DNA of 64,000 nucleotides from NCBI RefSeq assembly GCF_988242995.1, contig NZ_OZ547043.1; one strand, 5' to 3'. Shown piece by piece: positions 9,673 to 18,888 of this stretch (position 1 is its first letter; each line of letters starts with the position of its first letter). The notes under the pieces were generated by a model. It saw only the letters and a program-made list of their open reading frames with translations, ran no database searches and was not told where the DNA came from. The position numbers and the translations under genes were made by a program.

Positions 9673-11265
9673 TTATTTACACCTATAATTTTCGGGTGAT
9701 GACATTGCCCAGGTTACTCCAGAAGATATGATGTTTGCCGGTGCCCCGGATATAATCTGATTAGATGTAAAAAATTTATTTTCCACAATACAACCGGCAG
9801 ACACATAACATTCATCAGAAATATGTGTTCCTTTTAGCAACATCACACGTGACCCAATCCAAACCCTATCCCCTATATTTATAGGCTGGCCCGGATTTAA
9901 TAAGTAGCCATTGCTATCAAGAAGGGAATGCTCGTCCTGACAACAAATCTTAACATCGCTACCTATAACGCAACCATCTCCTATTTTACAACAATTATCG
10001 CCATTCAAATAAATATCTAGCTGCTTATCAATAATGCATGAGTTTCCAATACATACTTTTCCACCGATATTATTATTCAATATTGATAAGTTATTATATT
10101 TTGAATTTCCTAAATGAACATAACCTCCACTATTTAATAAAATTGTAGAATCCTTAAAAGTGGCTCCATCTTCAATTACCACCATATTATTAACACCACT
10201 GAATTTCAACATTAAACCAGAAACAGATTGATATGTACCATCTGATACATACTCTATTTTATTTCCATATATAATTGTATTCTTATTAACTTTAAAATCT
10301 TTATACTTATGAAATAATGAATATAATTCTTTAATTTTAGATTCAGATTTTGAACATTGCAAAAGTTTAATATCACCTGTAGAAATCTTGTTTATTTTTT
10401 CAATCCCAATGGAATCTTTCCCATAAATATCATATCCAGTTGCATGATCTATATATCGTTTTACGTACTCTTCAAAGTTTATAGACTCATTATAAAATGA
10501 ATAACAATGATCGGTTTTGATAAAGTTAAGGTTCAAATGTTTTATTACACTAGGGTATAAGGGAACGTGAATATGATTTTTAGAAAAAGGATATATATCG
10601 ATATTTCTTTTTTTATTAATTCCCAAACAATCAAGAATGCTATTTGTTAACCATAAAAAATAATCGTTTGTTGGGTGATTTACTGTCACCGACATATAAT
10701 TACTGTAAATAGCATTTTTTAAATATGGTACTGAAGGTATATCAACTTTATTTAATTTTTCACGTTGGTTTAGATCATTAAATGTTTTTGTTAAATTGTC
10801 CGTTATTGTTTTTTCATCATAAAAGTCAGGATCAGAAACGATTTTTATAATGTTTTCTGTGCGAATATTTGCTAACAGCAAAGAATTTATATTTTTATCG
10901 CCGTATGGAAATATTCCTGAAGGAGATATCGAGTATTTCCTATTTGGCCTAATTACAGGATTTTGTGAGTGCTGGGGGAAATAAGCAGAAAGCCAAAAAT
11001 TAGGAATGGATATTCGAATGCAATCCGAACGTAACTTACTACAAATATGATCTGTGCAAAAAAAAGGATCAAAGGTTGACGATACATGTTGATATATAAA
11101 AAGATCAATTTTGGATAATGTATCATCATCCAAATAAGACTTATCTTTTAGATACACATCTTTAACTTTAACTAGATTGAAATAATTTATAAAATCAGTT
11201 TGTTCAAGAAAATTTTGTAGATGTGTATGCTGGCAATTCCCATAAATCATACATAGTTTTTTCAT
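9673..11265 (-). CDS. Region 2 protein with C-terminal hexapeptide-repeat (left-handed beta-helix) acyltransferase domain; putative capsule O-acetyltransferase
   Basis: 530 aa, very AT-rich codon usage; C-terminal third shows repeated [LIV]G-x-x-x-x hexapeptide units (IGDRVWIGSRVMLLKGTHISDECYVSAGCIV); N-terminal 330 aa not recognised. Confidence 0.5.
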   Translation of the reverse strand: MKKLCMIYGNCQHTHLQNFLEQTDFINYFNLVKVKDVYLKDKSYLDDDTLSKIDLFIYQHVSSTFDPFFCTDHICSKLRSDCIRISIPNFWLSAYFPQHSQNPVIRPNRKYSISPSGIFPYGDKNINSLLLANIRTENIIKIVSDPDFYDEKTITDNLTKTFNDLNQREKLNKVDIPSVPYLKNAIYSNYMSVTVNHPTNDYFLWLTNSILDCLGINKKRNIDIYPFSKNHIHVPLYPSVIKHLNLNFIKTDHCYSFYNESINFEEYVKRYIDHATGYDIYGKDSIGIEKINKISTGDIKLLQCSKSESKIKELYSLFHKYKDFKVNKNTIIYGNKIEYVSDGTYQSVSGLMLKFSGVNNMVVIEDGATFKDSTILLNSGGYVHLGNSKYNNLSILNNNIGGKVCIGNSCIIDKQLDIYLNGDNCCKIGDGCVIGSDVKICCQDEHSLLDSNGYLLNPGQPINIGDRVWIGSRVMLLKGTHISDECYVSAGCIVENKFFTSNQIISGAPANIISSGVTWAMSSPENYRCK

Positions 11266-11493
11266 AATGCACTACCAAAACATATGACTTTAATATTAGT
11301 GAAGCATCGAATATAATAAAAATTACTCAAGCCATTAAGAGTTGATATTAATTAATAACGATTGCATTTCGCTATGTAATTTATCTTATATTAATAGGAG
11401 GCATCGTTTATTGTAGATGCCTCCCATTAATGGGATTATATCACTTTATATTTCATGAAGGCTTTAGCATTTCATACAAAAACAACATTAGAA

Positions 11494-14400
11494 TTAATTT
11501 AGATATTTCACATACATTTCACGCCCCTTATCCCAAATGATTTTTGTAATTTCACTTTTATAAAACTTGCGTTTGAAATATATAAAGGTATTCCTCTTCA
11601 AATTGGCTTCTTTTGGAACTGACTCCGGGACAGGACTAGGTTGCGTTTTGCTCTGTTCTTTATTTGGAATGATCTTTTTTACTGGTTTCGTAGCGGTAGT
11701 TGACTTCTTAAGTGGTGGATAAATTACAGGGAAATGTTTATCCTCATATAGAGGGTCGTCAGCGACATACTGATTTAATAACAATTGGTCTGTAGTATTA
11801 CTGCAAAGATAAGACAATGGGTAAACGAATGCATCCCGTGTTTGAGAGTTAATATACTCCCATTTGCCTTTAAATAAAGAAACGTAATCTTTACAGAACT
11901 CCTTCATATATACTTGTGATTTTAAAGTTAAAAGAGATGTTGCTGTAATTTCAGACGGAAAAATAATTGGTTTTACTGCTGATTCTGATTTCTCATAACC
12001 GTAACAGGTAGATGTTAAAGCATCTGATAATAGTAATTCATAAAATGATGGGAGAAATACTCGAAGCCCACGTCTAAAAGGATTAAATGTATCAACTAAG
12101 TAACTATTTATGTCATTTACACATTTATGTTTCCTTTCACGGAACATAAATAAAGGTATATCAATCCCCATAAGATCAGCTAATATATCACGACTGGTTC
12201 CTCTTGCGCCCAAGTCGAATACAGCGAATTTTTTATTTTCGGTAATGCTAGTAATATATTCAATCAAATACTTATTTTTTTTATTTACTTCATTACTACA
12301 TGAAGCAAAATCATAGTATTTATGTATAAACTGTGAAATTTCATGTTTATTTTTACTACTGTCAGCAGACAAGTTCAGCTTCAACTCTTGCACTAACTTT
12401 TTAGCTATTCTATCATTTGAAACGTCTATATCAAATACGTAATCTAAAAACTTTTTAACATTTAACTTTGAATTATAAAGAGACAGCAGCGTGCCTTTTA
12501 ATGCTTTATTGTTATATGCAGACAAGGTAGCTGTTCTGGATATATAAAAGTATACACTTTTAGGTAACTGATGATTATACAGTGTATCATTTATATAATT
12601 GTAAACATCAAAAACGACTCTGGAATCTCTTGAAGAAAAAAGTATTTTCTCATAATTGCTATTTTTTGTATTTTGTATAAGCCAGTGAGTGAGACTTAAA
12701 ACTAATGGTCCAAAAATATAATAACCAAGAAGCGCACTTGAATTATTGATAGAAGTTTTATGATCAAATGGAACGAATGGATTATCAAATAGCTTATTAG
12801 CGATCATTCCAAGATAAAATGAAAAGTTTTCTTTATAGACAAAACCTAATACATCAGGCTTAAACAGATTAGTTTTTCTAAATTCATCTATTGCCTTAGG
12901 ATAATGCTCTGCCAGTAATCCATTATCGGTAGCTCTCTGAACATCAGATTTTAAATTATCCCCGATGAATAGAGTTTTAGAAGCATCAAAACCTTCTTTC
13001 AATAATATAAGCTTGAATAAGGAACCATTATATTTTACTTTATTGTACTCACATGAGATATAAACTGGTATCTGATTAATTTCATATCCATTACTTATTA
13101 AAATATCTTTTAATAAGTCTTCCGGTAAGTACATATCAGAAGCAACAAATAAATTTTTATGATGGATTTTAGCCAGTGTAAAATATTCTAACATTGTTTC
13201 TCTTGGAGTGAGTAACTGGCGTTCCATTTCACATTCTATGTTTTTTATTTTACTTATTGTATCATCTGTAAATCCAGTACTTTCTTGTAATTTATTATAT
13301 ATCTCATCTAGCGTTACTTCTATTTTACCTTGTCTAGCCAAGCTTTCTGCATGAATTCTTGTTGTTGAAAAATTAAAACTCCTTAATTTTGTTACTTTAT
13401 ATATATCTTCTTCTATTAGATTAAATAGATCTGTTGGCTTGACCAACGGACGGCATAACAAAGTATCAAAAATATCAAAACCAATATTTCTTATATTATC
13501 ATTAATTAAATAACCAAGTAATTTTTCAAATTTAGTTTGCTCATAGTTTATATGTACATTATTCTGTAAAAGAAGCTGCTGAGAAAGTCTCGCTTTATAT
13601 CCACGCAATGTTCCCAATTGCGGAAGATACTTAATATATTCGTTATTTTCAATGTTTTTTATTATTTGTTTTAAATATAAGAAACTATTTTTTTCATTAC
13701 GTAAAAAACGAGTGTTAACTTTATGTGTTAATACGTACTTAATTATTTTATTACTTATATCAATATAATCAGATGAAAGAGTTGCATTGGTTGATAAGTA
13801 ATTATACACATGTTCAACAGTACCAATTGAAAATTTGCTATTAGGGCTATTTCCATAGCTAAAAATTGGCTTCCCTAAAAGCATGGCTGGCATAAATATA
13901 TTTGAGTAAATATTTATAACAGCATCAACATGAGGAAGTACTCTTATAGAAATATCATTATCAATAGATGACACTTTATCGAGATTAATTATCCTTTCAT
14001 TATTATCAATATAATGATCGTTTTCTGTTCTATCTAACGAGTGTTTTGAATAAACTATTGCGCAATCATTTGGAATTTGTTCTAAAAGAAACTGTAAAAA
14101 AGCTGCATTAGATGAAAATCCAGAATATTTTTTAAATCGTAATGAAGGAAAATTTCCCGGATAGAATATCAAATATTTAAATTTACTGTCAGGATCGAGA
14201 GTTTTTCTATTTATTTGTGTTTCAAATATAATGTTATCTTGATAATATTTTTTTAAATTTTGTATATCGATAACATCCTCTGGTACTATTTCAACTTTTT
14301 TTATAGCTTCAAAAAAGGCATCATCATATTTTTTGTCTTTTGTTGAAACATTAAATAACACATCGGGGTTGTTATTTTCCAATCGCCAGAAACCAGTATG

Positions 14401-14832
14401 AGAGCCCTCAAGCAAGACACTATCTTTAAATACCTCTGCAAAAATTTCAGAACAAAATTCCCAGTAAATAACAATATCAGGATTTAAATTACCCAGCTTA
14501 TTCCTAAAATAATCAACCAGATGTTCTTTTAGCTTTTTTGAAATGTCATTGCTAATAACCATCTCAACTGTCGAATCATAATAATCCAATATATTTCTTA
14601 TTTCTGAGTCTGGTATATTAATCACTGTCACATTATTCTTTATTAAATTCTGTTTTATTTCTCTTTTTTCCAGAACGGAATCCAGGGCTAAATAGGTGAC
14701 TTTTAGATCTTTTTGTTTTTTGGAGTATCGCCCAAGAAAGTCGGCATTAAGATCAAACTTTGCCACAAAACTTCTTTCATCAGCACCTTTATCTAAATCG
14801 ACAAAGACATCCATATAATAAAGAACTTGCAT
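11494..14832 (-). CDS. Region 2 multidomain capsule polymerase candidate: N-terminal KpsC/KpsS-like (beta-Kdo transferase family) domain, central HAD-like phosphatase motif, unassigned C-terminal domain
   Basis: 1112 aa. N-terminal block SKHSLDRT...VINIYSNIFMPAMLLGKPIFSYGNS parallels KpsS KHHPMDRG...VVTINSTAGISALIHNKPLKVMGNALYD in the same window; central IGFDIFDTLLCRP matches the HAD DxDx(T/V) signature. Confidence 0.6.
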   Translation of the reverse strand: MQVLYYMDVFVDLDKGADERSFVAKFDLNADFLGRYSKKQKDLKVTYLALDSVLEKREIKQNLIKNNVTVINIPDSEIRNILDYYDSTVEMVISNDISKKLKEHLVDYFRNKLGNLNPDIVIYWEFCSEIFAEVFKDSVLLEGSHTGFWRLENNNPDVLFNVSTKDKKYDDAFFEAIKKVEIVPEDVIDIQNLKKYYQDNIIFETQINRKTLDPDSKFKYLIFYPGNFPSLRFKKYSGFSSNAAFLQFLLEQIPNDCAIVYSKHSLDRTENDHYIDNNERIINLDKVSSIDNDISIRVLPHVDAVINIYSNIFMPAMLLGKPIFSYGNSPNSKFSIGTVEHVYNYLSTNATLSSDYIDISNKIIKYVLTHKVNTRFLRNEKNSFLYLKQIIKNIENNEYIKYLPQLGTLRGYKARLSQQLLLQNNVHINYEQTKFEKLLGYLINDNIRNIGFDIFDTLLCRPLVKPTDLFNLIEEDIYKVTKLRSFNFSTTRIHAESLARQGKIEVTLDEIYNKLQESTGFTDDTISKIKNIECEMERQLLTPRETMLEYFTLAKIHHKNLFVASDMYLPEDLLKDILISNGYEINQIPVYISCEYNKVKYNGSLFKLILLKEGFDASKTLFIGDNLKSDVQRATDNGLLAEHYPKAIDEFRKTNLFKPDVLGFVYKENFSFYLGMIANKLFDNPFVPFDHKTSINNSSALLGYYIFGPLVLSLTHWLIQNTKNSNYEKILFSSRDSRVVFDVYNYINDTLYNHQLPKSVYFYISRTATLSAYNNKALKGTLLSLYNSKLNVKKFLDYVFDIDVSNDRIAKKLVQELKLNLSADSSKNKHEISQFIHKYYDFASCSNEVNKKNKYLIEYITSITENKKFAVFDLGARGTSRDILADLMGIDIPLFMFRERKHKCVNDINSYLVDTFNPFRRGLRVFLPSFYELLLSDALTSTCYGYEKSESAVKPIIFPSEITATSLLTLKSQVYMKEFCKDYVSLFKGKWEYINSQTRDAFVYPLSYLCSNTTDQLLLNQYVADDPLYEDKHFPVIYPPLKKSTTATKPVKKIIPNKEQSKTQPSPVPESVPKEANLKRNTFIYFKRKFYKSEITKIIWDKGREMYVKYLN

Positions 14833-15069
14833 ATCAAACCTCTTAATTCTGTAATTACTTTAAATTATGACAAATAACTTTTGTGCTGAATTAGCTTTAT
14901 GGTAGTTGACAATAAAATAATTTTACATTGCAGATACATCAACACATAAAAATACTACGGGAAGAACAAAATATTGTAGTTTCAAATAATAAATTGGTGG
15001 GAATAACTCCGTCTATTAACTTCGCCATTAACATTAATTCAAATATTAATGTCATTTATTACAATTACT

Positions 15070-15765
15070 TTAAAGTTTATAACTGTTATCTTTCTCATAT
15101 TTCTTTCTAATAGAGTAAATTTCTGCAGCTAACTGGAAATCATCAACAGTATCAATATCGACCGTTGCTGTATTAGAAACATATAAATAAGGGTTTACGC
15201 CTATATGGTACTTATATGTTTCAATTGTTTCTCTTTTAAGTATAAAACAAGACCATAACACCTCATACCATGATGGTAAATTTTGTGAGACTTTATGCCA
15301 ATACCCGAAAGAATAATTTAATGGGTTCCCTGATGCATCGATTAAATGTCCTTTATATTTTTTGACAGCAACCATAGAATCAAACTCATTCCTAATTGAT
15401 TCCCATTCTTTTATCATGCAGGAGAATTCATTAAACAATGGGTTGGTCACTTGAACCCACATAATATCATCATTATCATTGCTATTTTTATTTATATCGT
15501 TAAGAATACCTCCAATTAATTCTGGTTGTTTAATCTCATTACCAGTTAATCTTTTATCTCGAAGTAAAAAGTTCACTCCTTTCTCATCACACATACGTTC
15601 AACTTCTTGAGCTTCAGATGATATATATATTGTTTCTGGTTTAATACCAGAATTAAGGAGCTGTTCTATTTTTATATCAAACAAAGACATTCCATTATAA
15701 AATGGAATTATGTTTTTCTTTGGTACGCGTGTCGAGCACGTTTGGAGTGGGATAATAACTTTCAT
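15070..15765 (-). CDS. Region 2 NeuA/KdsB-family sugar nucleotidyltransferase (CMP-sugar synthetase-like)
   Basis: 231 aa; N-terminal VIIPLQTCSTRVPKKNI resembles the IPARxGSKxIPxKN motif of acylneuraminate cytidylyltransferase-type enzymes; AT-rich. Confidence 0.55.
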   Translation of the reverse strand: MKVIIPLQTCSTRVPKKNIIPFYNGMSLFDIKIEQLLNSGIKPETIYISSEAQEVERMCDEKGVNFLLRDKRLTGNEIKQPELIGGILNDINKNSNDNDDIMWVQVTNPLFNEFSCMIKEWESIRNEFDSMVAVKKYKGHLIDASGNPLNYSFGYWHKVSQNLPSWYEVLWSCFILKRETIETYKYHIGVNPYLYVSNTATVDIDTVDDFQLAAEIYSIRKKYEKDNSYKL

Positions 15766-15850
15766 GTCTAATCCTTTTCGCTTTTTCTATTTAACTCTTA
15801 ATAAGATTAATAAATCTTTATATTCTGTTAATTGGTTATGCCAGATATTT

Positions 15851-16522
15851 TTAGACGAAGATATTTTGATCTTTTTTATACTCATCCACCCCTTCCTGAA
15901 CATCCTCATAAAAACCAACCGCATTATCGTCTTTAAACACAATCGCCACATCACAAAACTCTTTCAATGAATTCAAACTATGTGAAACCATTAAAAAACT
16001 AGATTCTTTATGCCTTTCTTTAAACAATTGAGCGCATTTTTCTTTAAACCTGGCATCACCGACTGCGGTTACTTCATCGACGATATAATAATCAAACTTA
16101 AATGCCATGCTTAAACCAAAGCCTAAACGCGATCGCATACCAGATGAGTAAGTTTTAATCGGCATATCGAAGTACTTACCGAGTTCGGCAAATTCTTCGA
16201 CAAACTCAATTTTCTCTTTCAGCTCTTCTTGCTTCGCGTATAACCGCGCAACAAATTTTACGTTTTCGCGTCCGGTTAAACTTCCCTGAAATCCACCTGC
16301 AAGGCCGACTGGCCATGATATCGTTTTATTGGTGATGATCTTTCCACTGTCGGGGCGGTCAATGCCGCCAATCATTCTCAGTAACGTTGATTTACCCGCA
16401 CCATTACGACCAATAAAGGCAACACTTTTTCCTGAAGGAATTTCGAGGTTTAAATCCTTAAACACATAGTGTCGCCCCGTTGGCGTGCGATATGACTTCG
16501 TCAAATTCTCAATCTTAATCAT
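15851..16522 (-). CDS. kpsT: KpsT, ABC transporter ATP-binding component of capsule export
   Basis: 223 aa with Walker A GRNGAGKST, ABC signature and Walker B; 4-bp overlap with kpsM. Confidence 0.9.
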   Translation of the reverse strand: MIKIENLTKSYRTPTGRHYVFKDLNLEIPSGKSVAFIGRNGAGKSTLLRMIGGIDRPDSGKIITNKTISWPVGLAGGFQGSLTGRENVKFVARLYAKQEELKEKIEFVEEFAELGKYFDMPIKTYSSGMRSRLGFGLSMAFKFDYYIVDEVTAVGDARFKEKCAQLFKERHKESSFLMVSHSLNSLKEFCDVAIVFKDDNAVGFYEDVQEGVDEYKKDQNIFV

Positions 16523-17295
16523 GATGTCAGCATTGCCTCTTCACGCGTTCGGTATAACGCCAGACCGATGAACAGGGTGACCAGAGTGAACATTGCCAGG
16601 TAGTTCAGACTCACGCCTTCGCTGATATAGCCAGGCATAACTGCCTCGCGGCTTAACTCCACGACATGCACTAATGGGTTCCAGAGTAGATATGACCAGT
16701 ATTGCTTTGGAATCGAGTGTAGAGGGAACATGATGCAGGAGATGAAATACAGCGGCTTAAGCAGTATCGGCAGAACCTTTTGCATTTCGGGGAAAGTTTT
16801 ACCAACGACCATGAATATTAAACCGACGCCACATGAAAGAATGATCAGCAGGCTCCAGGTAGCCACAAGTTGTAAAAAATTTGTTATCTCGAAATATTCG
16901 CCTGCCATCCAGACAATGAGCATAAGCAGAATATAAACAGCAACGTAAATCAGTGTCTCAAGCAGTGCGCGTGCAATGATCGTATCGATGGGTTTTACTG
17001 GTCGATAATTAAACAGCCCCTGATTCGCTTCAATAGCACCTACAGAACGATTGCTGATACTGCTAAAGATAAAAAAGGGAATCAGGCCATTAAGTAAAAA
17101 CACCGGGAATGAGATGTCTGGCATCGTGCGGTGCATAATGTAACCAAAAATGCCCAACAGTATCAGCAAATGCGCAGAGGGTTCGAGAATCGCCCACAAA
17201 TATCCCAGACGGAACTTACCAAAGCGTGTTCGTATTTCTCGTAGAAATAATGCCTCTACGGTGACTTTCTGGACTTCAAATCCACTTCTTGCCAT
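16519..17295 (-). CDS. kpsM: KpsM, ABC-2 type permease of capsule export
   Basis: Start set to the internal ATG giving MARSGFEVQKVT... (258 aa), the KpsM N-terminus as I recall it; the ORF-track start at 17355 would swallow the ops element. Confidence 0.9.
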   Translation of the reverse strand: MARSGFEVQKVTVEALFLREIRTRFGKFRLGYLWAILEPSAHLLILLGIFGYIMHRTMPDISFPVFLLNGLIPFFIFSSISNRSVGAIEANQGLFNYRPVKPIDTIIARALLETLIYVAVYILLMLIVWMAGEYFEITNFLQLVATWSLLIILSCGVGLIFMVVGKTFPEMQKVLPILLKPLYFISCIMFPLHSIPKQYWSYLLWNPLVHVVELSREAVMPGYISEGVSLNYLAMFTLVTLFIGLALYRTREEAMLTS

Positions 17296-18050
17296 TTGAT
17301 GATGTGACCCTATTCTCTTCAGGTATGCTACCGCCCCTGGCTTAACAGCTACCAATACACTGGAGGTAATACTTGTTTGTAACTGGATAAAATTTACTCA
17401 GACGGTTTGACCTTTTTAATAGCCGCAAACAATTTCAGCAGAAATTATTTCCGCAGGGATAAATAGATCTATTTCCGTCTCGTTTCTTCTAATCCATTCT
17501 TCAGGCATGAATGTATTCGGTCTTCTGGTAATTTCAGAAAACTGGCCGTTTTAGAATGTAGAGTTAATTTCCCAGGAAATTATTTTTTGTTATTACTGTT
17601 AACTACTTGATTATAATACCCCCATGTATTTTATGCGTAACAATACCTGCAATCTGTTTCAAACCAGAACGCACGCGATTGATCACCAATAAATTGTTCA
17701 CTGAGAAACTATTTCCCTATTTAAAATTCACTCGTGTACTTCTTATTTATATCTACAGCCCCCTCTTTACAGCCATATTTGTGATTTATATCACATTTAA
17801 ATGGTGTTATTTAAGCCGCATCAATAATCCCGAAGGTAATTATTTTCGTCGATTAAAATATACATCTTGATTATTTTGTGTATTTATTTTAACCAGTATT
17901 ACAACCAACACCATCCCTCAGTAGATATACCTGAGCAGACATTTCTTAAAATCGACGAATAGTTTCACTGGAAATTATTATGCTTATTTGAAATTCCCTT
18001 TCTGATTATCTCCAGGAATTTTACTAATTTCCAAGCTACACAAAATACAG
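17296..18050 (-). promoter_or_regulatory. Region 3 promoter and long untranslated leader of kpsMT
   Basis: About 0.75 kb AT-rich non-coding DNA upstream of kpsM; region 3 promoters of group 2 loci are reported roughly 0.7 kb upstream of kpsM. Boundary approximate. Confidence 0.4.
17328..17335 (-). promoter_or_regulatory. ops (operon polarity suppressor) core GGCGGTAG, RfaH recruitment site in the region 3 leader
   Basis: Reverse complement of 17328-17335 is GGCGGTAG, 32 bp upstream of the kpsM ATG, as expected for RfaH-dependent region 3 transcripts. Confidence 0.6.
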
Positions 18051-18350
18051 ATAACACAAGAATTATCCTATATGTTTTGGCCTATCAATTGTTACTCAAT
18101 GATTTATTGCAACTATTAATAATCATAATGTGTCAAAACACTTAAGCAACTTTACAGTCTGAGAAAGGTGTCGATTAACGAAGGCTACATGGTGAAAAAC
18201 AGGTTCCTTCAGTGTTACCGAATATTCCGTGGTGGTCTGGAGGGAGATAATTCTTGCTACATCGAAAGTCAGCCCGGTGAGCGGGTTTGACAGTTCCGCA
18301 CTCACCATTGGACTAAGGGTTATCAGGTGGGGTTAAGGAAATGGCAATAC

Positions 18351-18887
18351 CTACCCCCCTCCAAACTCCAGCCGCTGCACATTCACCATCCCAGGCTTCT
18401 CAGCAGCACTGACATCAATTTGTGTCACCCGCAGCGCATACTTTTCATCCAGCGCGTTTAACCAGTTCAGCAGATCATTAAATACCACAGGATCTATCCA
18501 GACCTGAATATTCTCCCCACGCTCGGCTATCCGCTTGATGACCACCGAGTGCGCGGAAGCACTGTCACTGATGACCCGCGATACCTGCGCAGGCGTTGTT
18601 GTGGCAGATTTTCGCGCTGCAATAATATCCGGCGCGGCGCTCTTCAGTCGGGTGTTCATTGCCACCAGCTGCTGCAACAACGTCTCCTGTTGTTCTATCC
18701 GTTCGCTCAACGGCTGCCAGATGAGGACGTAATATCCGACGCTAAACAGGAACACCACCGCTGCCAGTAACATGCCCTTTTCACGCGGAGAACGCCCCGC
18801 CAGGTGTTGTGTCAGCCAGTGTTCGCCACGGCTTAACTGGCGTTCACGCCATTGCTGAAAATAGTGAATAAATTTATCGCGTAACAT
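18351..18887 (-). CDS. gspM: Type II secretion system protein M
   Basis: 178 aa, single N-terminal membrane helix, last gene of the gspC-M array. Confidence 0.75.
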   Translation of the reverse strand: MLRDKFIHYFQQWRERQLSRGEHWLTQHLAGRSPREKGMLLAAVVFLFSVGYYVLIWQPLSERIEQQETLLQQLVAMNTRLKSAAPDIIAARKSATTTPAQVSRVISDSASAHSVVIKRIAERGENIQVWIDPVVFNDLLNWLNALDEKYALRVTQIDVSAAEKPGMVNVQRLEFGGG

Positions 18888-18888
18888 G

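Noticed and set aside
14928-15110. 60-aa ORF between region 2 genes
   Set aside because: AT-rich spacer, overlaps the 3' end of the cytidylyltransferase gene on the opposite strand, no supporting signals.
17296-17355. 20-codon N-terminal extension of kpsM in the ORF track
   Set aside because: It would translate through the ops element, and the internal Met gives the recalled KpsM N-terminus MARSGFEVQK.
17607-17870. 87-aa plus-strand ORF in the kpsM upstream region
   Set aside because: It lies in AT-rich leader/promoter DNA, has low-complexity hydrophobic composition, no ribosome-binding site and no recognisable domain; likely a chance ORF.
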